DNA from: Candidatus Nanopusillus sp.
GTDB lineage: Archaea > Nanobdellota > Nanobdellia > Nanobdellales > Nanobdellaceae
DNA length: 9,047 bases
Assembly (NCBI GenBank): GCA_036845085.1
Contig: DAIUEN010000023.1
Span: forward strand, 1 to 9,047
Reading direction: 5' to 3'
Part shown: positions 1 to 5,956 of the stretch, piece by piece
Position numbering within the stretch: position 1 is the first letter of the stretch
Layout of the letters: the number at the start of each line of letters is the position of its first letter
Made by a program: the position numbers and the translations under genes
Notes under the pieces: model-generated
What the model saw: only the letters and a program-made list of their open reading frames with translations
Database searches by the model: none
Told to the model about the DNA's origin: nothing

Positions 1-57
1 ACAGGTAATTCGGCTGAAATTGATGTTGAAGTATATCCTTTGATTGAACAAAAATGA
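1..57 (+). CDS. 3' end of an upstream CDS (partial, hypothetical protein); probable first visible cistron of the ATGA-coupled operon
   Basis: Frame 1 is open from the window edge (...TGNSAEIDVEVYPLIEQK*). Its TGA at 55-57 shares the tetranucleotide ATGA (54-57) with the next start codon, the same junction used at the three following gene boundaries. Confidence 0.4.
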   Translation, partial: TGNSAEIDVEVYPLIEQK

Positions 58-1127
58 ACGAAAGTATATTAGAAGCTATTTTAGCAACAATTTTTCTATT
101 TCTAGTTATATTAATAGCTATTAATATACCTTATTTAGCAGCTAAACTATTTGGGGTAAATAATCCTTTATTATTACTAGAAACTTCGGCATTTCTAACA
201 TATTCTACATCCAACATAGGAAATATGACAAAACTAGTTTATATCCAGTCACAACCAGTTTTAGGGGCTGAATTCAGAATATCACCTCCGGAAAAATCTC
301 AAGGTTTTCAAGGTTATTATTTAATGTACGGATACTGCATTACTAAAGATCTATGGCAAGAGCTTTTATCTTCGACAATAGATGCGGCTATATCTACTTT
401 TCTACCGTTAAAAGTTACTGGCCAAACCGGAAAAGATATAATTATAAACTTATTTAAGTATAATTACAGACAACTATTTACTGAAACAAAATTTTTAGTT
501 GCTACAGATTTATCTTTAACTTTTTCCCAAAATTATTTATATTATTACGAACAAAAGGCTTCAGATGCCTTAACAAGATCTTTAGTTGATACATTTAGTC
601 CAGAATCTTTACTGCAAACAGCAGCTATGACTACTGTTACTACAACACAAACAATTGTAACTTCTGTATTGAGAGGTATTGGTATGTTTGGTGGAATTGG
701 AGGTATGTTATTAGCTTTTGGTGCAAATTTTGCAATAGGGAGTAGTTTAGTATTATATGATTATCTCACATCTAGAAATGACGAATTTAAAGGATGCTAT
801 ATGCCAGAATTCTTTAAAAATGAAAATCCAAACATCTATTTTAATTATATTCCAATTTATACTTTTCCAATATATTTTAATGAAAATTTCTATATAATAG
901 ATGGATGTAACGAGAAAAAAGCAGAATTTATATGCGATATAAATAAGGGAAATACTCCAATAAATTCAGAAAAAGATAAACATATTATGAGAATATCTTT
1001 AGGATTTTATGATGAAAAATCTAATAAATACTATTACCCAACATATTTAATATTAAAAAAAGAAAAAGATTCTAGTGAAAGAGAAAATGGAAAAATAATT
1101 GTAGGATTTATAATGAATTCAAGATGA
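54..1127 (+). CDS. Hypothetical integral membrane protein, 357 aa. N-terminal TM helix plus an internal Thr-rich/glycine-zipper hydrophobic segment and a Cys-containing C-terminal domain.
   Basis: Long ORF in a genome where stop codons are cheap. ATGA overlaps at both ends. N-terminus is MNES + ILEAILATIFLFLVILIAINIPYLAA. A second hydrophobic region lies at aa ~188-235 (TAAMTTVTTTQTIVTSVL-R-GIGMFGGIGGMLLAFGANFAIGSSLVLY). There are 4 Cys (95, 248, 285, 294). I recognise no family. Confidence 0.75.
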   Translation: MNESILEAILATIFLFLVILIAINIPYLAAKLFGVNNPLLLLETSAFLTYSTSNIGNMTKLVYIQSQPVLGAEFRISPPEKSQGFQGYYLMYGYCITKDLWQELLSSTIDAAISTFLPLKVTGQTGKDIIINLFKYNYRQLFTETKFLVATDLSLTFSQNYLYYYEQKASDALTRSLVDTFSPESLLQTAAMTTVTTTQTIVTSVLRGIGMFGGIGGMLLAFGANFAIGSSLVLYDYLTSRNDEFKGCYMPEFFKNENPNIYFNYIPIYTFPIYFNENFYIIDGCNEKKAEFICDINKGNTPINSEKDKHIMRISLGFYDEKSNKYYYPTYLILKKEKDSSERENGKIIVGFIMNSR

Positions 1128-1957
1128 GATCCGTATCTATAAAAGATATTATAGAATATATTTCAGCTTCAGTAATAATCATAATAGAGTTATTTATAAT
1201 TTTATCTTTCTATCAATTAGTAGTAGTTCAAGCACAATCGCTAAAAAGTTATCAAATCTTTGTACAAAGTTTATATGCAGATAGATTACACTATTGTACA
1301 TATTCAGCTACTGGAAATCCATACTATTTATTTTATTTGCCAGATAATAAAACAATATACGAAAATAAGGAAAAAATAGATAAATGCTATTCTTCTCTAA
1401 AAGGAAATTTTGCTGTAACAGTTTCTAATGAATCTACTGATAAAAAAGTTGAAGTAGAGTTTTGGTCTTTAGAATCTGAAATAAGACCATTTTTCTTTTT
1501 ACTTAGTCTAAATAATATCTCATACTATTATTTTTATACTCCTATAAACATAGAATATAACTCATTAGAATATGGAGCACGATATGTTCATTATATTATA
1601 AATAATACATCTTTGAATATATTTGAGAGAAATAAAAATTTATCTGAAAAGCTCATTACAGAAATATTTGAGATATTAAAGAAATATAAAGAAAATATTA
1701 CTGAAAGTATTTTTAATTTTGAGAAGTTATTATCATCTATGGAAAATATATATATAGAAGGATTTACACAATATAATTTGTATACTTTACAAAGTATAGA
1801 AGCCCTTCCAGTTTTTGTTACTAATTATGAAAATAATCATTTAATGTTTCTATATCCTTTAGGAATAGGGAATATATACAATGCTAAGAAAATGAAGATG
1901 GAATGTGATGTATTATCGGGAAGTGTTAAGAATTGTAAATTAGAAGAAATAAGATGA
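1124..1957 (+). CDS. Hypothetical N-terminally anchored extracytoplasmic protein, 277 aa, Cys-paired and sequon-rich
   Basis: ATGA overlaps at 1124-1127 and 1954-1957. N-terminus is MRSVSIKD + IIEYISASVIIIIELFIILSFYQLVVV. Cys at 58, 88, 261 and 271. Seven N-x-S/T matches (NKT, NES, NIS, NNT/NTS, NLS, NIT). I recognise no family. Confidence 0.75.
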   Translation: MRSVSIKDIIEYISASVIIIIELFIILSFYQLVVVQAQSLKSYQIFVQSLYADRLHYCTYSATGNPYYLFYLPDNKTIYENKEKIDKCYSSLKGNFAVTVSNESTDKKVEVEFWSLESEIRPFFFLLSLNNISYYYFYTPINIEYNSLEYGARYVHYIINNTSLNIFERNKNLSEKLITEIFEILKKYKENITESIFNFEKLLSSMENIYIEGFTQYNLYTLQSIEALPVFVTNYENNHLMFLYPLGIGNIYNAKKMKMECDVLSGSVKNCKLEEIR

Positions 1958-2454
1958 AGGGACAACTATCATTTTATTTAGCTGTAGGATTTTCTGCATT
2001 ATTTATAGTTTTTATGATATTAGTATTTCTATCCTACATAGTATATCCTTCTGGATATATGAGATCAATTTCATCACTACAGCAAATTGGATATGAATAT
2101 AAAATAGGAAATTCTTTTTTGTCGTCTTCTATTTATGTAGATAATTATTATATAGTGGCTATAGATCTATTAGCGGGATCTTATTTAAATGAAGATAAAT
2201 ATGTAAAAGAAAAAATTAAGATCCTTATTAATAATACAACAGTACCACATTATATTAATAATAGTGTTATTTTTGGTATAAATTTGGGAAATGATACAGT
2301 AGGTTTATGTGTTAATAGATTATTCATTTCTTATAAAATAAGTGAAGATAAGGAAATTCAAATATGCCCACCAGTTATGATATATCCTCCAATATTTGTT
2401 GCAGTAAGGGCTGATATTAGTGGAACATACCATGAAGTACATCCAGTAGTATGA
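1954..2454 (+). CDS. Hypothetical small surface protein, 166 aa, with a class III (type IV pilin-like) signal-peptide-like N-terminus
   Basis: N-terminus MKG-QLSFYLAVGFSALFIVFMILVFLSYIV has a basic residue plus Gly directly before a ~25-aa hydrophobic helix, with Gln at the putative +1. There are 2 Cys (119, 138) and 4 sequon matches (NNT/NTT, NNS, NDT). ATGA overlaps on both sides. The size fits a pilin or FlaF/FlaG-type subunit. Confidence 0.7.
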   Translation: MKGQLSFYLAVGFSALFIVFMILVFLSYIVYPSGYMRSISSLQQIGYEYKIGNSFLSSSIYVDNYYIVAIDLLAGSYLNEDKYVKEKIKILINNTTVPHYINNSVIFGINLGNDTVGLCVNRLFISYKISEDKEIQICPPVMIYPPIFVAVRADISGTYHEVHPVV

Positions 2455-3680
2455 AGTCATCATATGCTCCTCTTTTATTAGTAATAGGATCTATTATATT
2501 AACTGTAGCTGGAATATATTATATTACTACGTTTAATGATTTAGTATATAAAAGTGCTCAGTATTTAGCTGAAGATTATGCAAATACTCATATATCTTAT
2601 TATTATATCTTTGTATATCAGCCTTTTGTAATAAGATATAATTTTTTAAATTATGTAGTAACAAATTTATTTTCCAAAGATGAATATAATTTAGAAAGTA
2701 TTTATAGGTCAGATTTAATATCCGGCTATCCAAAATGCAAAAAAAATTATATTATTTATTTATATGATTATGATAATGGAAAAGTAACTTATAAACCTTG
2801 TATTCCTCCGTTGCCAACGGATAATTATTTATCGAAAATTAATGGAATAAATTCTTTATTAAACAAAATTAATCAAGAATTGAATAATATGAATAATCTA
2901 ATTGAAGAAGATGGTATACCTATAAAAAATAAAGGATGCAAATATTCTTTAGGTGTATTTGAATGTGATTACGAATATAATTTCCAAAGAGATATATACT
3001 TCAGTAGATATTTTAACTTAAATGTAGAATATCATTTAATAGAGAATATATTATATTATAATTACTTATTGGGTCAAATATATAACAATACTTTTGCACT
3101 CTTTAATCTTTCTTTATTAAATCTTTCATTTTTGCTAGATAACTATGAAAAATATGAAATTATGGAAAATGGTAATTATATAAAAGTAAAGTTATCTCCA
3201 AAGTCTAATTCTCTATTTCTATTGAATATATATTCAAAAAATAAAATATTTAATGACAATATTAACATTGATATAATTTTACCTTGTTCTTATTTAGAGA
3301 CATATTTAGGTTCATGTAATTTATCTTTAGCAAATAAAGATAATTATGTATCCTTATCTGAGGACATAGAAAAATGCTTAGAAGGTCCTTATGGTGAAAT
3401 TAATCAGACTATAAAAAATATTTTCTTCACGGAAGTAAAAGAATATTATTTAATTGAAAAAAATATAACTTTAACAGATTATAAAGAAGATACAATAAAA
3501 TATGCAAGATTGTCTGATGGTGGATTGCCAGAAATAGAATTATATGATTATTATTTATTATTTACTCTATATAACTGTACAATAGGTTTAGATTCTAATG
3601 GAAATGAAGTAGTATCTTTAGAATATAAAGATTTTAGTTTATTGTTTGAGAATATTCCTTTACTTAAAATTAGAAAATAA
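2451..3680 (+). CDS. Hypothetical N-terminally anchored extracytoplasmic protein, 409 aa, with 8 Cys and sequon-rich; last cistron of the operon
   Basis: ATGA overlap at 2451-2454. N-terminus is MKSSYA + PLLLVIGSIILTVAGIYYITTF. Cys at 96, 117, 163, 172, 279, 289, 309 and 376. Seven N-x-S/T sequons (NNT, NLS x3, NQT, NIT, NCT). The 3' end overlaps the convergent taw3 by 21 nt. I recognise no family. Confidence 0.75.
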   Translation: MKSSYAPLLLVIGSIILTVAGIYYITTFNDLVYKSAQYLAEDYANTHISYYYIFVYQPFVIRYNFLNYVVTNLFSKDEYNLESIYRSDLISGYPKCKKNYIIYLYDYDNGKVTYKPCIPPLPTDNYLSKINGINSLLNKINQELNNMNNLIEEDGIPIKNKGCKYSLGVFECDYEYNFQRDIYFSRYFNLNVEYHLIENILYYNYLLGQIYNNTFALFNLSLLNLSFLLDNYEKYEIMENGNYIKVKLSPKSNSLFLLNIYSKNKIFNDNINIDIILPCSYLETYLGSCNLSLANKDNYVSLSEDIEKCLEGPYGEINQTIKNIFFTEVKEYYLIEKNITLTDYKEDTIKYARLSDGGLPEIELYDYYLLFTLYNCTIGLDSNGNEVVSLEYKDFSLLFENIPLLKIRK

Positions 3681-4250
3681 TAAATCATAAAATCTTCTTG
3701 TATTTTCCATTACTCTAATTAATTTTTTATTAGCTTCTTCTACTAATTCTCTAAAATATTCCTCACTTATTAATAATTTTTTATTTTTACTTATAATTGT
3801 TTCTATTTTTTCATTTCCTATAACCTCCAACATTACTCTTTCTTCTTTTATTAAAAAAATTCCAGAATGTTTAAAACCAGCTTTTCTTGCTATATCTAAC
3901 ATAACAATTGCCGAATTTATATCTTTAGCTGCTATGTGTAATATTAAAGGTTCTTGTTTGAAATATATTTTTTCTTTATATTTATCATAGACTTCTAATA
4001 ATTTTTGATATATTTCTTCAAACTTTACTGGATAATGCGATTTAAATAAAAACTTAGCATCTTTTTTCTTTCCAGATTCTGGTATTTTTATCAATATTAT
4101 CCTACCAGCACAAGAAGATGTTGTAAAATAGTTATCCAAACTGTTAATATAATTTAACAAATAATATATTGGTTCGTCTGCTTCTCCACTTTCCATAGCT
4201 TTTTTTAGTCTTTCAACATGATATCTTTTTAATTTATCGAATGTAATCAT
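3660..4250 (-). CDS. taw3: tRNA wyosine-derivative methyltransferase Taw3 (TYW3 family; tRNA(Phe) 4-demethylwyosine-derivative N4-methyltransferase)
   Basis: At 196 aa the length is typical of archaeal TYW3. It has the N-terminal F-D-K-x-K opening, an (A/V)DEPI..LL..IN....Y(F/Y)TTSSC(A/S)GRI block (here ADEPIYYLLNYINSLDNYFTTSSCAGRI), and the later EPLILHI..........A...GFKHSG pattern characteristic of the family. Confidence 0.85.
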   Translation of the reverse strand: MITFDKLKRYHVERLKKAMESGEADEPIYYLLNYINSLDNYFTTSSCAGRIILIKIPESGKKKDAKFLFKSHYPVKFEEIYQKLLEVYDKYKEKIYFKQEPLILHIAAKDINSAIVMLDIARKAGFKHSGIFLIKEERVMLEVIGNEKIETIISKNKKLLISEEYFRELVEEANKKLIRVMENTRRFYDLLFSNFK

Positions 4251-4255
4251 AATAA

Positions 4256-4738
4256 ATGGATAAGAATAAAATTTTGATAAATGTAATATTTTTTATAATT
4301 GTTTTTCCTGTAGCAATTTTATTATATTATTCATATAAAACTTTTTTAAAAGAAAAAGAAAGTGTAAATCCTTTAAATATATATAATCTGCAAGTATATA
4401 GTATAGTTTCTGATAATAATGAGCTGAAAATATACATATACAATCCGAATAATTATTCTGTTGGAATAACATTTACATATTTAGGTCTTATCAATTCTTA
4501 CAAAACTTCTTCAATAGTTACATCTGGAAGTTTTATTGGAAGTATATATGAAATAAAACCAAATTCTACTATAGAATTATCTTATAATTATATTGTAGAT
4601 TTTAATACGAAGTCGGTAATAGAACAATGGAAAAAATTGGGCGGTAGTTTAATGATAACTTTATATTATCAAGATATATATGATAAATCTATAATAGGAA
4701 TAATAAATTATGAAGTAAAAAATATAAAAACTAAGTAA
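4256..4738 (+). CDS. Hypothetical membrane-anchored protein, 160 aa; tentative LEA_2/WHy-like (NDR1/HIN1-type) beta-sandwich ectodomain
   Basis: N-terminus is MDKNK + ILINVIFFIIVFPVAILLYY. It is followed by alternating beta-like segments including ELKIYIYNPNNYSVGITFTY ... IKPNSTIELSYNYIVDF, which resembles the 'l.l.v.NPN..~i' core and later 'a.~.t.v.v' strand of LEA_2/WHy domains. No Cys. The domain assignment is from memory of the motif, not from a search. Confidence 0.6.
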   Translation: MDKNKILINVIFFIIVFPVAILLYYSYKTFLKEKESVNPLNIYNLQVYSIVSDNNELKIYIYNPNNYSVGITFTYLGLINSYKTSSIVTSGSFIGSIYEIKPNSTIELSYNYIVDFNTKSVIEQWKKLGGSLMITLYYQDIYDKSIIGIINYEVKNIKTK

Positions 4739-5921
4739 CTTTGTCTAAGTCGCTTAGAGTATAGATCTTTACTTTATCGCTAGATTTCTGTACAGTTCCT
4801 AAGCATATTATATACTTTATATTTGTCTGTTTTTCGATTTCTTCTAGCATTTCTCTAGTTAATATACCATCCATAACCAAATAAGTTACATTTGGATTTT
4901 TTAATATATTAATATTTAGTTTGTCTATTGGTAATTTGTTTATTATTGAAAAATTACTATCTAATAATATTGCTTGTTCTGTTCTGAAAATATTTTCCAT
5001 TATTGGCTTTAATTTTAATAGTACATTGTCTTTTATCTTTTTTTCTTCTCTTAATCTAAATATATCTTCAATACTTCCTTCCAGTTTTTCATAATAACTT
5101 TTAACTTGGCTAAACTCTATTCTATTCTTCAAGGCTGTCATTATTTCTTTTCTCGATAGTTCTTCAACTTCTTTTCCTGGTTCTGGTCTAGCAACATAAT
5201 CAATTTCTACGTTATTTAACATGGCTTCTTTTATAAGTAGTTCTCCAGCTCTATCTCCGTCGAAAAATACAGTAACAATTTTCTTTTTAGATAGTTCAAC
5301 TATGGTTTTTGGTATATTTAATCCGTTTAATGCAATTACATTAGTTATTCCATATTTTAATAGATTTAATACATCTGCTCTTCCTTCTACTAATATTATT
5401 TCTTCAGATCTATCAATATCAGGACCTGCTGGTAATTTTTCTGGTCCATATTCAATTAAGGTTTTCATTTTTTGAGAATATTCTAAATATAATAAAAGTT
5501 CTTTAGTGTCTGGTAGTTCTTCATTTATTAATCTATTTAGCAATTCTTTTGCTCTTTCTAATATATACTGTACTTTAGTTTTTCTAACATCCTCTATTTT
5601 TGATACTTTAATCGTTGCATGTGCAGGTCCTACTCTATTTACTGTTTCTAATGCAGCTCCTATCAATGTAGTTTCAAATCTATTCAAACTTGTTGGTATT
5701 ATTATTTCTCCTATTGTTTTGTTTTCTTCATGCCTTAATTCTACATTTATTCTCCCAATTTTTCCAGATCTTTGTAATTCTCTAAGATCCAATTCTGGCC
5801 CCAATAGTCCTTCTGTTTGTCCAAATATAGCTCCTATTACATCCGGTTTTTCTACTACACCATCAACATATATTGTAGCATATATTATGTACTTTACGAA
5901 TGGAGGTGCTACCTTCGCCAT
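4731..5921 (-). CDS. dnaG: Archaeal DnaG (TOPRIM-domain primase-like protein, exosome-associated)
   Basis: Conserved archaeal DnaG N-terminal domain (YIIYATIYVDGVVEKPDVIGAIFGQTEGLLG...LRELQRSGKIGRI). TOPRIM core with catalytic Glu in ILVEGRADVLNL (E179, nt 5385-5387) and the DxD motif FFDGDRAGE (D221/D223). Conserved C-terminal LVMDGILT....E block. 396 aa. Confidence 0.93.
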   Translation of the reverse strand: MAKVAPPFVKYIIYATIYVDGVVEKPDVIGAIFGQTEGLLGPELDLRELQRSGKIGRINVELRHEENKTIGEIIIPTSLNRFETTLIGAALETVNRVGPAHATIKVSKIEDVRKTKVQYILERAKELLNRLINEELPDTKELLLYLEYSQKMKTLIEYGPEKLPAGPDIDRSEEIILVEGRADVLNLLKYGITNVIALNGLNIPKTIVELSKKKIVTVFFDGDRAGELLIKEAMLNNVEIDYVARPEPGKEVEELSRKEIMTALKNRIEFSQVKSYYEKLEGSIEDIFRLREEKKIKDNVLLKLKPIMENIFRTEQAILLDSNFSIINKLPIDKLNINILKNPNVTYLVMDGILTREMLEEIEKQTNIKYIICLGTVQKSSDKVKIYTLSDLDKVT

Positions 5922-5956
5922 TAATAAATATTCTTGAAAAATTATTTAGATTTATA

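Noticed and set aside
1009-1015. ATGATGA (box C-like) at 1009-1015, and another at 8573-8579, as possible C/D box sRNAs given the adjacent nop5
   Set aside because: Both lie inside coding sequence. I could not find a CTGA box D with a terminal stem at the expected ~50-70 nt spacing, nor C'/D' boxes. ATGATGA is an expected chance word in this AT-rich coding DNA.
2533-2733. 66-aa minus-strand ORF inside the 409-aa gene
   Set aside because: It is a shadow ORF antisense to a longer ORF that is locked into the ATGA-coupled operon. It has no independent support.
2739-2746. A8 homopolymer in the 409-aa surface-protein gene as a possible slipped-strand phase-variation switch
   Set aside because: Similar A7-A8 runs occur in argS (near 7405-7412 and 7634-7641) and elsewhere. 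They are a by-product of AAA-Lys codon usage and are not specific to the surface genes.
3103-3130. Imperfect tandem repeat TTAATCTTTCTTTA / TTAAATCTTTCATT encoding two adjacent N-L-S sequons (FNLSL-LNLSF)
   Set aside because: It has only two short, imperfect units. This is more likely local low complexity or a micro-duplication than a structured repeat array. I note it only because it created a second sequon.
1-3680. Reading the orphan operon as a canonical archaellum (fla/arl) or type IV pilus operon
   Set aside because: There is no archaellin-like conserved N-terminal domain beyond the generic hydrophobic helix. No FlaH/FlaI/FlaJ or PilB/PilC genes follow, because the operon abuts convergent taw3. 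Only one of the four products has a near-canonical class III cleavage motif. I therefore keep it as a 'pilin-like/undescribed' hypothesis instead.
1-3680. Reading the orphan cluster as a horizontally acquired island, prophage or defence system
   Set aside because: By eye, base composition and codon style are indistinguishable from the flanking housekeeping genes. There is no integrase, transposase, tRNA attachment site, flanking repeats, or nuclease/ATPase/methyltransferase motifs. All products look like exported structural proteins.
5221-5937. Two long plus-strand ORFs (5221-5475, 84 aa; 5506-5937, 143 aa) antisense to dnaG
   Set aside because: They lie entirely inside the well-supported dnaG gene. 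Their translations are low-complexity S/F/I/N/P strings, as expected from reading a K/E/L/I-rich gene backwards. They have no TATA-like box at a suitable distance and no recognisable motif. They are shadow ORFs.
5922-5956. Possible small RNA or terminator hairpin in the 35-nt spacer between the 62-aa gene and dnaG
   Set aside because: The spacer is AT-only sequence (TAATAAATATTCTTGAAAAATTATTTAGATTTATA) with no convincing stem-loop. It is more simply read as a TATA-like/oligo-T spacer that may hold a dnaG promoter or allow read-through.
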